A stretch of 64,000 bases of DNA from assembly GCF_009914755.1 (NCBI RefSeq), contig NC_060945.1; one strand, written 5' to 3'. The stretch is from the human T2T-CHM13v2.0 reference genome, Homo sapiens. The notes under the pieces are model-generated. The model searched no databases. It saw only the letters and a program-made list of their open reading frames with translations, and was not told where the DNA came from. The translations under genes and the position numbers were made by a program. Below are positions 26,317 through 41,513 of this stretch, one piece after another; positions within the stretch are counted from its first letter, which is position 1; each line of letters starts with the position of its first letter.

Positions 26317-26755
26317 TGACGAGATTCTTTGCTTGGCCAAACTCTATCAGGCCCTTGAGCCTTCTAGGCCACCTGCACACTTCCTTGCAAAATCCGGTTT
26401 TAGCAAGAACACTGCTAAGTGACTTCAGCCAGAACTGCCCCGCCCCGTATCTGATCATCCTCGTCAGGGCAGCATGCTCGTCCTCCGGCACCCAGGTGAT
26501 GACGGATGACCCCGCCTCCCTTCAGCCAGAACCCTCCCACCCCTGCTGTTTGTTCTTAGTGATGTTCCATCCGAGGACCCCACTCTGCTCCTGGGCTATC
26601 AAATCCCACTCGCTGGAGCCATATTCAGAGTGGAGCCTAAATCTCTCTCCACCACTGCAAAATCCCACTGCCCTGGTCCCAGCACCCACCGCACTGGTCC
26701 TGAGTAGTCCCCTTCCGGTCTTTAGCAAAGATCATTGAATAAATTTCCTTTCATG
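26317..26755 (+). mobile_element. ERV1 solo LTR (MER31-like)
   Basis: tgacgagattctttgcttggccaaact...cacttccttgcaaaatccggttttagcaagaac; AATAAA 26738; 4-bp TSD tcag. Confidence 0.8.
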
Positions 26756-29004
26756 TCAGGCACACCCTTAAATGCAGACGTGTGTCCTGGGAGGATTACC
26801 AACACTCCCCCGGCCCTGCACATCAGCTGTGGAAGGTGAGATTGGGAAGTGCTGGCCTCCTTGCCAAGGCTTCAGCCTCCATTTCTGCTTTTCAGGTCAT
26901 GTTCGAACACTGGGGGTCCCAGGAGACCCACCCAGACCAGGCCCCTCTCAGGGTGGGAAGAGCGTGGAGCAAGAGGAGGAGGCTCGGCCCAGGACGTTGG
27001 CCACAGGCTGACCCGTGCAGGGGGCAAGGGCTTAAGACGGCCCCATCTTCCACTCCAAGTGTGGTCTCAATCTTGTTGGCCAGTTTATGAAAGTCAAGCC
27101 TACTGACTCAGTCAGGGTCTTGGCAGGAAGGAGGCCAGGGCGCAGACAGAGATAGGGATCGCTCCAGGGGTGTGTGGCCCTGGGCTGTGGGGCAGTCCTG
27201 GAGCACCTCCACCCCAGCCTGCAGAACACCCAGGCGGAGCAGGAGCAGAGCTGGGCTGTGTAGGGGTTAGGGGACACGGCCAGCCCGCAACCCCAGCTCC
27301 CCTCCATCTGCCTCCAGTTTCCAGCCAGGGCCCCCTCTGCCAAACCTGGCCCGAGGCAGGGGCCAGGGCTCTGTCTACTGGGGCCACAGGGAGGGTGGGG
27401 AGGGGGCCGGAGCTCCCAGGGCAAGGGGAGGGGCCACCCCCACCCCGTCACGCGCATGGAGGAGGAGGAGGAGCCCACACTGCCCCAGCGTCCACCCCAC
27501 GCCTACACCAGCCCCACATGAGCTCGGGGGTCTCTGGGGGTCAGTGTCTGCAGCTACAGATGTGAGCACGCATGCGGGTGTGCAGGACCTTTGACCGCAG
27601 CCTCCCATGCACCCCTGGAAAGGTGCCTTGCCTCTCTCCCTCACTCGCCATGTGCAGGGCAGTGGGCGAGTCCCAGCCAGCATGGGCATCCCGCATTTCT
27701 CTGCTTCTGCAGCCCTGACTGACCATGGCCCCCCAAGTGGGCTCCAGCCCTCCAGGCACCTCCCCGTGCCGTGGTGCCCACCACAGGGCCTGGTCTCAGG
27801 GCTCCTCCAGGACTGGCCAAGTCCCCAGGCTCCTCCCCCACCCATGGGGGGAGAGGTGCACAGCACTGACGGGCCCCTGGGCCACTCATCTGAACTCTTG
27901 AGTCCTCCTAGAGCGGTGATCCCAGCCGGGCAGTTAGCTTGAGCGAGCCGAGTACTTACAGGATGTCACCAAACACAAGGTCCCAGCCCACATTCCATGA
28001 CCTCAGCACTGCTCACGACGTCCTCCTGAGTCCATGAACTTCTTGACGGTTCTCATGGCCTCCTCCTGTGGACAGGGCAGGGCCGGCAGGTGAGGCACCT
28101 GCACGCACACCTAGCTCGACTCCCCAGGCCCACCCTGCAGACCCTCGGCCCTCTCCCTTCTTCCCACCCACCACTCTGGAGACGGGGCCTCCGGTCCTGG
28201 CCGCCCCTGTGGAAGAATGAGGGTGAGCGAGGGGCTGGGTCAGCAGCACGGCAGTGGGGGAGCCACCCAGCCTCCTGGAGGAAGCGGCCGGGCAGCGCTG
28301 GCACCGTTCCACATCCCTGCTGGAGCAATGGGGCCAGCGTGGCCGCCCCACCCAGTCAGTGGTCCCCACCTGGCTGAGAGTCCCCAGGAGGCAGCACCCT
28401 CTTCCTGGGAAGTCAGGCAGGGTTCTATGCAGGAGCCGACACTCACAGGGCTACCACAGGCCTGTGCGGACCCCAAGAGCCAGGAAGCCGCCTGCCGATG
28501 GTCCCTCTTAGGGACTGGATCGCGGGCAGCTCAGACGGCACAGAGTGCTTCCGGGTCGCAGTGTCCTCATGTTGCGGAGGCCTGAGCTCCCTGGAGGAAA
28601 AGCAACACCTTCCAAGCCATGCGGCGGAACGCTGGTGAGGCTCAAAGCCCTGGAGGTGACAGCCCCCAGACAGAGGCGTGGACCGTGTTTCCCTGTCGGC
28701 CCCTCCTCCAACCCCTCCACCAACCGCTCCGCCAGTGGCAGGTTTCCCACCTGTCTCCCAGCCCCCTGGAACTCTCCCCGGGCCTGCCTCTGGCTGTTTG
28801 CTGGGCCCCCCGTGGGAGCAGCACAGCGGCTGAGTGCCTGGGCGTGGCCCTACTGCCTGTGGGTTTCCAACGGGAATTTAGAGTCTGAAGGCTGAGGACC
28901 CTAGGGGACCACCCATTAGGGCTGAGGGCTCTGGAAAGAAGTTCAGGACAAAGGAGTTTGGGGAGAGCGCTGGGCTCATTTTCCTGGGGCAGACAGAACC
29001 AAGT

Positions 29005-29090
29005 GCCCATCACGGTGCAGCTTGAACAGCAGGCGTTCGGCGCCTCTCAGTTCCGGAGGCCGGGGGTCCAAGGTCATGGTGTGGGCAGTG
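29005..29090 (-). mobile_element. MLT1 LTR fragment
   Basis: gcttgaacagcagg...tctcagttccggaggccgggggtccaaggtcatggtgtgggcag. Confidence 0.6.
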
Positions 29091-29830
29091 TGAGCCACCA
29101 CACCCAGCCCAAGTCCTTTATACATCTTCTCAGGGGGTCTGTGTCTTAAACAGGAAATATTCAAACGCCCTTTCTCTAACTGAAGTAGGTTTTCAGATTA
29201 CTTTTACGTTTATAAGATATTGTGGCTACTGACGGTTTATTTTTTGCAATTATAACCGGCCCACTTTCCCGGGGTCTCCCTACACGTGCGGGGCGGGGGA
29301 GAGACTCCAGAGGGGGCTGCGGGAAACACAGGGGAGGGAGGCCTGGGGCTGGAGACGGCGGCCGCTCCTCATGCGTCAGGGGCCTCTTTCGGGCCGCCAT
29401 TGCCTTAGCAGCGCCAAGTTCTTTCTGGGGCAATCGCCGCTGTTGGTTTCATCTCCCAGCACTGCCCATTGGCCGCAGCACCTCCTGCCCCCACGGTGCA
29501 CTCCCTTCTGCGGTCATTTCCTTCCCTGGGGTGGAAGCAAGTGTAGAGCCAGCTCTTAGAGAGAGGCAGGCCAGCCATCTGCAGAGTGGGAACCCTCCTG
29601 GGCCCCCTTGCCCTCCCCACGTCCGAACCTGTCCCGTCCCCCATGGGCCCGCGCCCCCGCCAGCAACGGCATCCCACACTGTGCGCCTGGCCGTCTCACA
29701 CACCCCACACTCTGGGCTGACCTTCAAAGGGAAGCTGCTGTTTAAATATTTAATCGTCCTTGGAGTGCCTGGACTTAATCATTAAGACCCTGAATCAAAA
29801 GAGGAAAAAAAGCATTTTAAAGATGACTGA

Positions 29831-30158
<328 letters not shown>

Positions 30159-30406
30159 AAGATGGCTGAAGCCTGTGAAAACACTGGGTTAGTGATGCTT
30201 GTATTCTCAGCCCTGCAGGGCTGCGGCACCTCCACCTCCGGCTTGGCCTCACACTGCTCCCGGGGTGTTCCCTTTGCTCTGGAGGCAGGGCTGTGCACCA
30301 GCCAGGCCTGAGACCCTGTCTGCCCTCCAGGACCTGCTGACCCTGCTAGATCTTCGGTCCTGCCTTGCCCAGCGGCCGACTGAACAGAGCCCCTGTGGGC
30401 CCTGCA

Positions 30407-30424
30407 TGGCCACCAGGGGGCTAC
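30407..30424 (+). promoter_or_regulatory. Candidate CTCF site
   Basis: TGGCCACCAGGGGGCTAC closely matches the CTCF core consensus TGGCCACCAGGGGGCGC. Confidence 0.55.
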
Positions 30425-30629
30425 TCCACGGTGGGGTCAGGGGGCGAGCGTCCCCCTCCCCGTCTCGGGGAGGGACGCAGCTCCTGGCCTGCATGCGCCC
30501 ACCATGGACGGGGAAGGAAGGGGCGCCCCCTTCAGTGTGTGAACCCCCAGCAATCCCCTCTGCGGGGACCGCATGTTTTCTATACAGAAAGAACTTAGCT
30601 CACCAGGGACATTTTGCTGAAACAGCTTG

Positions 30630-30760
30630 TAAAGGATGGCGCCTGGCTGGTGCCTCTGCCTGCTATGGGGTGCGGGAGGCAATGTGGGAAGCTCCGTACT
30701 CTCTGATCGATGTATCGGTAAAATGAAAACTGCTCTAAAAAGTAGTCTTTTAACTTAAAA
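30630..30760 (+). mobile_element. Old L1 3' tip (L1MC/MD-like)
   Basis: tgggaagctccgtactctctg...aaaactgctctaaaaa. Confidence 0.55.
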
Positions 30761-32269
30761 GAAAAAAGGAGAATAATTAGGCCAAGGGCTTGGCCATTTT
30801 CTGAACAAGTCTAGTTTTGTGGGTTTCCAGCTGCCTCTCTGAGTCTCCTTCTGGGCCCCTGCAGACACAGCCCCCTCCTGGGGTAGGGGCGACCTGCCCT
30901 GAGCAGTCTGTGCCCCGGGCTCCCAGAGCTGCCAGTGTGTCCAGGCTCTCCCCAGCTATCCGACTCCTGGGGAGCCTGCCAGGCCGGCAGTGGGTGGGTA
31001 TTTGCTTGCATTTGCTTTGACAAATCGCCACTCTGTGTGGAGGTGCCAGGAGCGTGATTTACTGGGTGTGTGATGACTACGGCTCCCGTAGCCAGGCCTG
31101 CCCATCAAGCAGTGCTTTTGGCTTTCAGTGAGGGGTGGACTTTGCCGCGGGGGATTGCCGGCTAGCTGATCAGGACCCCAAGTCCTAAGAGGCACCGTGT
31201 CCACTCCACCTGCCCACGGGAGCTCCGTGCCCAGCGGTGGGCCCAGAGGGACGACGACCTCCTGTAGAGGGGGCCCCCACCAGTCCTAGCAGCCAAAGGT
31301 GCTCGAAGAGTGAAAGGACATGCCACACTGTCCTCCTAACAGCAGTGACCAGGGCAGGAGAGCTGCTATTTCTGGCCTACGGCCCATTTTTCAGAGTCAA
31401 TTCATTTTCTAGGCAGACACACACATTCCTACAACTCTTTTCTCCAGATCATTCCTTCAGCCAGCTGGTTCTCCACCGGGATTCCAGGAAAGAATGAGGC
31501 CTTGCAAAATGCTCTGAATGGCTGTTCCCACCAAAGGTGGTGGGAGCCAAGCCCTTTCCAGGTACAGAGGGAAAGAAGGTGGTTTCGTGGGGTCTTGGCG
31601 TCAGCTCCACTCCCTCCCAGATCACTAGTGCGAAGAGACATGCCAGGCCTCTCCTCTAGGACAAAAACTAGTGTTTCTCTTGGATTCACTGAAACAAGCT
31701 GGGCTGCCCCTTCTTACAGATGGGGCTTGGGGCCCGTGGAGGGGAAGGGCCTGCGAGGTCCTGTTGGTGATAACCAGGCCAGCCGAGAGCCCGGGAAAGG
31801 GCCTGTCCTCAGTCTGTGCCTTGGTGTCCTCCCACCCAGCCACAAAGGGACTCACTCAAGGTCACAGGGCTGCAGCGGGCTGCGTTCAACCCAGTGGCCC
31901 CCACACACTCCTTCAAGGACCAGCATCCCATGCCCAGCTTCTGCCACTTCCTCTCTGGGCCTGTGCCCAGCAGCAGGACAACCCTTGCCACAGGCAGAGC
32001 AGCCCCGCACTCTAGTCCATTGAAAAGCCTGGTGAGATGCCAGGCCAGGCCATGAGCGCGGAGCCTGGTGGCGCGTGTCAGGAGGCGGCGGTGGCAACCT
32101 TGACGGTGGTGGTCCTGACTCAGGAGTCTGACTCACAAGGACTCCAGAGGAAGCAACTGACAAAACGTGTCTCCCGACGGGAGGGTGGCCCAGCTGTGAG
32201 GGCGTCTCCACCACCTCACCATCATCGTCAGAGCCACAGGATTTGGGGGACAGAGGAACATGGTAGACG

Positions 32270-32790
32270 ACACTACAGAGACAGCCAGCAGAACCCAGAG
32301 TGTCGGAAATTCTACAGGACAAACAAAGGACCAGGTTTCTTCAACAGATAAACGATGAGTGATGTGTGTGTGTTGGGGGGGGTGGGGGGGACGGAAGCTC
32401 TGGGCATTCCGGAGGGACTTCAGAGTCACAGAGAGCCTTGGACTTCGTACTCAAACAAACCAACTCTGAAAAGACAGGAGACAACCAGGGAAATTTCAAC
32501 ACTGCTAGCAGATTATCACAAAGAATTCAAGGGTCGTGTTTTAGGTGTGATAACGGTAGCACAGTTATTTTTTTTGGAAGAGTCCCTATTCTGTACAGCC
32601 ACGCACTGAGGTATTTCTCTGATGAAATAAGGTCAGGGATTGCTTTAAAAGACTCCAGGGAGAGGAGGGGTAAGGGGCAGTGGATCGGGGGAGGGAAGAA
32701 GGCTTATAGGTCAGATGGGGCTGCCATGATACTGCTCCCTCTCAAGTTCTTGATGTTTAGAAAAAATGTATGATAAAAAGTTAAAGGTAT
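32270..32790 (+). mobile_element. Old L1 3' region (L1ME/L1MC-like)
   Basis: ggaaattctacaggacaaa...gtttcttcaaca...ttttaggtgtgataacggta...gggattgctttaaaa. Confidence 0.7.
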
Positions 32791-32873
32791 ATGGCCAAAA
32801 ATTAACAATAATCACAAAAACAAGCCTGTCCTTACAGTGAGGCCAAACTCTTTCCTGTCTTCTAACTCTAGCC

Positions 32874-33437
<564 letters not shown>

Positions 33438-34941
33438 TTCTAGAACCCTGCCCTTGTAGGTCCAAGGCTACGCGCCCTGGCAGACTTCCATGAGCTGCGA
33501 CCACCAGCCACCAAGACGGTGTGCCCAGCCAACCCTGGTCCCCAGCTAGCTCTGACCCCTGCCCTGCCAGCATCACCCTGAGATTCTTCTGCAAATTACA
33601 GTCTTCTCAGACTGTCTGTCGACCCTGGGGTCTCAATGCTGGGTTCTCAACAGGCAGAACCACAGGGCTGCATTGCGGGTTGTCTTTGAAAAATGACCTG
33701 CCAATAGAAAGTTGGGGACGAAAGCCCTCCAACAGTCTGTCCAAGCGACCCCCAAGAGAAACCACAGTGGGGTGCTGGAGGGTCCCCAACGAGGCACCCC
33801 CCCCCCCCCGACCACCCTGCTGTTACTTCCACCCACATCGAAGTCCTAGGGTCTCTTCTAATTTCCTACTTGGCCGTGCCTGAAATGCCACTTCCAAAAC
33901 CCGCATTCCTATGGTTGCAGAGGCCACAAGGGAGGGCCCTCGTGGTATTTTTTCAGGACCCAAAACCACGAAGATGCCAAGAATCACAACTTTCACACAA
34001 AGGACACACTTTCTTTGATGGAATCTTCAGATCACACATCACAAAGGCAGCACGCCATCAGTCTTTGAAATGTCCCAAAACACGTAAAGAATGTTCCGCT
34101 GCAGATCCGGCTTGTTTCACGGGTGTGTGGCCTCCTCTTCCGAAGTCATTTCATTCTTCGGGGTCTTTGACACGCTCTGGCAACAAGCGCGGAGAGGTGA
34201 ACGGGGCAGCGTTTGTGCTGAGAGTGGGCTGAGAGCGCCGCCCTGCCCACTCCGGCCTGGGGCATCCCATCTCTGCCAGGTTCTGGGCTTTGCATTTTCT
34301 TTTCATTTCATTCTTCCCAGGCAAGAGCACAAGGAAACAAGCAGAAGGAATTCAGAGAAACAGCTCCAGGCTCCAGCTCAAAGGCCGACACCAAAAGCGA
34401 ACACCTCTGGGCGCTCTTGCCTTCAAGAAGGTGGGGAGGCTCACAGACGCAGCATCCACCCCTCGCAGGGAACCTCAGTTCCTGGCCTGTGGTCCCATGA
34501 AGGACATCAGGCTGGCAGATTGGAGCACACCCCTTCTTTCTAACCCCTCTTGAAAGCTTCCTTGAATCTGCCAGTCCTGCCCCCTGGAGCAGGAAGGAAA
34601 ACAGAAGGCCTAGGACGCTAGAGGGGTCCCGAGCTTTCCGGAGCTCCAGCCACCATCAGGTCTGACTGCTCAGGGACAGACACACCGACCACATCCTGAC
34701 CTCAGGATGACCTGCGGAAGTACTTGGCATTTCTTCTTAGCCAAATCCCTTCATTAAAAGACGGGTGAGGGTTCCAGCGCTGCCCTCTTCCTTCTCAAAA
34801 CTCTTATTTCAGGGCTGAAGCCCAGACGTCCAGCCCGTCAGAAATCCCCTTAGCCTGAGCTTGGCACCCAGAAGCTAGAGAGTAAATGCACAGGGGCCGG
34901 GGTCTGAGCCCTTCCGCAAGGATGGGGATGGGGGCCACAAT

Positions 34942-36106
34942 CCACACACACCACACCACAAACCACACACCACACACCCACACACCACACACACCACACC
35001 ACAAACCACACACCACACATCACACAGCACACCACACACACACACCACACACACCACACACCACATACACACCACACACCACACACACACCAAACACACC
35101 ACACACACCACACACCACACACACGCACCACACACCACACACACCACACACCACACACACACACCACACACACCACACTCACACCACACACACACCACAC
35201 ACACCACACCCACACACACCACACACACCACAAACCATACACACAGCACACACCACACCACACACAACCATACCACACACACCATACCACAAACCACACA
35301 CAACACACCACATACCACACACCACAAACCACACACACCACAAACCACACACACCACACACACCACCCACACCACACACCCCTCACTCACCACATACACA
35401 CCAACCACCACATACCACACACACCACACCACGCACCACCCCATGTCACACACACATCACATCACACACACCACACGCCACACCACACACACCTCACACC
35501 CAAATCACATATCACACACAGACACCACATACCTCACAACACACATCATAACACCACACACACCATATATCACACACACACACACACCACATATTACACA
35601 CCACACATATCACACTACACACCTCATACCACACACCATATACCACACACACGGCACCAAATATCACCCACACATCACACAACACATACTTCACACATAC
35701 ACCACATACCCCACACCACACACTACACATCACACACCTCACACTACATACCTCATACACACCACACACCACACACCCCACATACCTCCCACACACACCA
35801 TACACACACACTAGATCTCAAACATAACATACACCACATACCTCACACCCCCCCGACACTATACAGCTCACATATACACAACACACACCTACCTTACACA
35901 CATGCCACACACTCCACATCCCTTACACACAATCAGTATATATCACACATACACAATACATTCCTCACACCCCACATACCTCACACAACCACATACACTA
36001 CACACACATCGCACACTACCTCACACACATACTGCATACCTCACACATACATTTCACACACACCACACACCTCACACACAGTGCACACACACCACACCCC
36101 TCACAC
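34942..36106. repeat. ~1.16-kb (CACACACCA)n-type degenerate CA-rich tract
   Basis: Directly visible; almost G-free on the + strand. Confidence 0.97.
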
Positions 36107-36126
36107 GTTTCCTTGCAGAGCCGTAT

Positions 36127-36265
36127 TGTGTGTGTGTGTGGTGTGTTCATGTGTGTACTTGTGTGTATATGGGGTGTGTGGTATGTTCGTGTGTGTACTT
36201 GTGTGTATATGGGGTGTGTGGTGTGTATATGTGTGTGGGGTATGTGTGTGTGTGGTGTGTGCGTG
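36127..36265. repeat. TG-rich tract with internal ~39-bp duplication
   Basis: gtgtgtacttgtgtgtatatggggtgtgtggt occurs twice. Confidence 0.9.
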
Positions 36266-39200
36266 TCCTGCTCATGCAGAGTGTCCGCAACCACTTCTCG
36301 CCTCCTCTGTCCCACCCGCCCAACCCCCTGGCACTCCTGTGGACTATGACCCCCTGAAGCCACAAACCCCGAGCTGAGCTAAACCACTGCTCGAGGTGCG
36401 GGGTGCGCAGCACTCCACAGCCCGTTGCATTTCCACGTCGCAAATCCTCAGGGAGCATTTCCTTGGAGATACAAGAAGTGCATCCACGTGTTCCCAAGTC
36501 CTTTCGCTCAGGGAGTGCCGACTGGTGTCGGCCTTCCAGAAATGACTTTCTAAGCACTTCCATCCCACGCAGACCTGCTTCCTGAAGCCCAGCCTGGTCT
36601 CTCTGTGCCCGTGTGTCATCCTTGCCCACTCTTACATGCTGCGAGGCTGGCTGTGTCTGCAGCCGCAGCCATCAGAGGCCTGGAGGTAGCAGAAGCAGCT
36701 CTGGTGTGCGCTCAAAAGCTCCTTGCGGCTTGCTCCAGCCACTCACTTATCACCGTGTGGAGTAGAGGGTGTGTGTGTGAGTGCGGTGTGTGTGAAGCCA
36801 CACCAAACTCATTCCCAGCCTAGGGAGTGAGCCTCCTCTGGCCCGGGCTTAACAAACTCTGGTCAATGTGACCCACGCAGACAGCAAGAGGAGGGACGTC
36901 CACTCGCACAGACCCACTTGACCTGGGTGCAGCTGACTTCCTAGTCTTCCCTTCTATGAAACGATGACTTCTGTGGCATGCAGCCCTGCCCTGGCCCGCG
37001 GGGACACGCAAGCTTGGGACCCAGGAGAGCAATGACACCGGAAGGGCCAGGCCCTTTGCTGTCTTGGGGGTGCCAGGCCAGAACTCCAAGTCACCAAGCA
37101 AAGAGGGCCCCAGAGTCCCCTGTGGTCCCCAAACCTGGCCAAGGTTAGAGTCACCGAGGGGCCTGGACAGATGCCAGGGCCAGCCCAGGCCTGCCACGGC
37201 GGGGGAGACTGCCGGGAGGCGAGGCTGGGAGTCTCATCATCAAGCTTCCCGGGGCTCTTGCTGGCATCCCACCCAGGGTTTTAAGGGACATTTGGCAGCA
37301 GCTGGACTCCGAGGGAGGGGGTTGGGGGACGACCATGCATTTGTTCTGGGAATGCTCTTGCATGTGCCCGCATTGCCCCTCATGTCCCCATGTCCATGCC
37401 AGGTGGACAGCGTGTCCACCAAGGCCCTGACTGCACAGCCAGCTGTGCTCTCGGGAGCATGCCACTCGGCCGGCTCTCCGGCCCTGACTCAGCTCAGGCA
37501 GGGGCTCAGCGCCCAGTCTGTGCTTGCAGGTCGTCGCTCAGGCCGGAGCCGAGGAGCTTCGCCAGGCCTGAGATACCTAGACAAGAAGTGCCAGCTCCAG
37601 TGCCTGGGGAGGCCAGGCAGGGACGTACGCCACGAGGGATGACGCGGGGTGGAGATGGTGGTGAACGCACAGAGTCATAACGCAGTGGCTTCCCACCTTC
37701 GCCATGTGGGAATGTGGCTCCAGGGAACTAGACTGGTCTGTGGCACTTCCTCTTTGAAAGGTAGGCCATTCCTCTAAAAGAGCTGGAGGCGTGGCAGGCC
37801 GGCAGCACAGGCACTAACAAGGCAACCAGCCACTGTCAGAGCACACCACACCTCTGTTCTCACCAACCTTTCAACTTACAGAAGAGGAGACGGCCTCGAG
37901 ACCCAGTGTGCGTGACCAGTTCCACGTGCCACTAGCGCCAGCCGCCTAGAACTCCAAGAGAGGAAAGCAAGAGCTCCCTTGCCATGCGTTTGCTCAGAAC
38001 TTTAATTTTTTCTCCTCAAGGAAAGTAAAAGAAACAGGTCTTCCTTCCACTGTGCAGGCAGTCAGCGAGCTCCTGCAGGTCCTGCTCTGTAAGCAGAAAG
38101 CTGGAGGCTGCACCCCAGATCAAGGCCCTCACACCTCAAAGGTTCTCACGGAGGCCTCGTCTCTGCCCCGCATCTCCAGAATGTGCTTGCTGGTCAGAGA
38201 AGAGTCCAGTGTGGCTCAGACAAACACAATCACCTTTCCCAGCAGCCAGGTCCATTCTCTGACAACATCCCACTGGGCACAGCCACACTGACTCCTGCTG
38301 CCACTGCAGCCACACCTGGGCCTCTCCTCCCCTGCACCAAGCATGGCAACCCTCTAGGCCATGGCCTCACCTGCCATTACCCCCTGGCCCCATTACCCCT
38401 GCCCCCAGCTCCGCATGTCAGGTTTGCTGCCCTGTCCTGCCTAGAACGCTCCGCAGGCTGCTGTCTCTGTACCCCCTCCTGCCGAATAACGACTGTTGGC
38501 GGCTCTGTGGGTTCATGTGCTTCGGAATTAAACCACAGGGCCTGCTTCTCATTGCCACTGATGCTCGGCTTCCAAGCCCCCATCGCCACCCACCAATGGC
38601 TATTCAGTGTCCGCAATGACAAGAACACCCTGGATACTCCCAGATCGGCTGGCTGTGATGGTGCTCACAGGCCCAGGCAAGAGCCAGCCCCAGATGGGCC
38701 CATAGTGCTGCTCTGCTTAGAGCCAATGCCTGCACCAGGCAGCTACCCTGGAGGTGCCCCTGTGAGTGGGCATAGGCAGGTACACCCCCAGCAGTGGCAG
38801 GTGCAGCATCTCGGGCAGTCGGGGGGCATCCGCACAGGCCTGGGTGCAAACTGCGGCAAATCCCATGATTCTGCATACAAGAAGGGTGGGGACGTGTGTT
38901 TTCCAGGGGAAATGGTCCCTGTCGTGCATCAGATTCTCAAAGGGGTCCAGCACCCAAACAAGTGCAGGGGTCACTGGGGGACACTGGTGCAACAGAAGCA
39001 GCCCTGGACTGGGAGTCGGGGCCCCACTGCCGACCAGCTCCACCCTAAAAACTCATCACTCACCCTCGTGTTTCCTAGCAGATAGTGGGAAGAGATGCAG
39101 GCCCATCGTGTGCACAGAGGTTCAGAGTGAGCGCACTGTGAGTGGAAACTGTCACGCAAGCCTCGGGCATGACGTCCTTCCCAGACATTCTTTCCCATCG

Positions 39201-39284
39201 GGCTTCTCGATCCGGGGTGTTGGTGCCTCCCAGGGGTCTGCGGCACCTGTGAAGCAGCAGCAGAGCCACTTCGTCATGGTCCAC

Positions 39285-39860
39285 TGTGATGGTTAGCTCT
39301 GTCTCCTCCTGGCTGGGGCTGGGATGCATGACAGCTGGGGAGATATTACTTCTGGGGGATCTGTGAGGGTGCTTCCGGGTGAGATCAGCGTTTGAACTGG
39401 CCTCAGGAAGCCAGACGCCCCTCCCGGTGTGGGTGGAATCATTTAACCCAGTGAGGGCCTGACTAGAACAAAAAAGGCAGAGGAAGGGAGAGCTGGCTCT
39501 GAGAGCTGAGACTTCATCTCCTCCTGGGATCAGACAGCAGCGCTCAGCTCTCAGGCCTGCTGCCGTGGATGGAATTACACCCCAGGCAGAGGAAGGGAGA
39601 GCTGGCTCTCAGAGCTGAGACACCATCTCCTGCTGAGCTCAGGTACTGGCCTCAGCTCTCAGGCCTGCGCCATGGATGGAATTACACCCCAGGCTTTCTT
39701 GGTTCTCCCACTTGCAGATGGCAGCTCATGGAATTTCTCAGCCTCTGTAACTGCATGCGCCAATTCCTGTAATAATGCCTCTTCTCTTAGGTATCTATAT
39801 CCATCTCTGTGTCTGCATCTCCTATAGGCTCTGCTTCGCTGGAGAACCCTGACTAGTACA
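39285..39860 (+). mobile_element. ERVL solo LTR (MLT2-like)
   Basis: tgtgatggtta start and ctggagaaccctgactagtaca end. Confidence 0.9.
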
Positions 39861-40464
39861 GGCCATCTTCCTGGGGTACAGGCCATCTTCCTGTGTGGGA
39901 AGTCAAGGCAGGAGCAGAAGGTGGCTAAGTGAATATTTAACCACTATGCAACTATATTGAAACATATACACATCAAGGGTGGCAAGGGCAGGCAGGCCAC
40001 AAGGATGGCTGCCAGAGGCCACCATGGCACTTCCCCCCAATACCAGGAGCAAATGATGGACTCGGCCATACCCTACAACCATCCTGGGGTATGGGCTGGA
40101 ACCCCCAGGGAGAGGCGGGCAGCAGAAAGCCTGCAGGCCCCCAGCTTTGTACCATGAGAGGTGTGTGGGGCCCAGGTCCAGGTGAGCATCGTGGCTGTCC
40201 TCCAGGAGTGGCGCCTGGCCCGCTCGCTGCTCTCTCACTTCATGGTACTTGGGGAGGGGCAGAGAGCACCCTACAGAGACAACACTGGCTTCGGGACGCA
40301 CCCACAGCCACCCAGGAAAAGCCTTGAGAGCACAATGAGATGGAGACCACAGCCCCCAGGAGAGAAGACAAAACTTGAGATCTGGCTCTGACTGAATTGA
40401 CTGCCGCCAAAACAATGAACAGAAATCAACATTTTCCAGCAGATTTTAACAAGAATCTACACTA

Positions 40465-40899
<435 letters not shown>

Positions 40900-41115
40900 T
40901 CACAACTGTGCTCCACATGGTAAAAGAAACCACGAGTGAAGCAGATGGAAGGACAGAAATTCTCAGTAGGTAAATGGAAACTACAAAAAAGAACTAAATA
41001 GAAATTTCAGAACTCAAAGATATGATACCTGAGAAATTGTTTTTTTTTAATGGACAGACCTAATAGCAGAATGTCAGTGACAGAGGAAAGAATCTGTGAA
41101 CTTATACATGGATCA

Positions 41116-41513
<398 letters not shown>

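Noticed and set aside
34850-36377. His/Thr/Pro- and Val/Cys/Trp-rich ORFs
   Set aside because: Artefacts of CA/TG low-complexity DNA.
38183-39085. 300-aa ORF
   Set aside because: No homology recognised, non-ATG start, and composition typical of spurious GC-rich ORFs.
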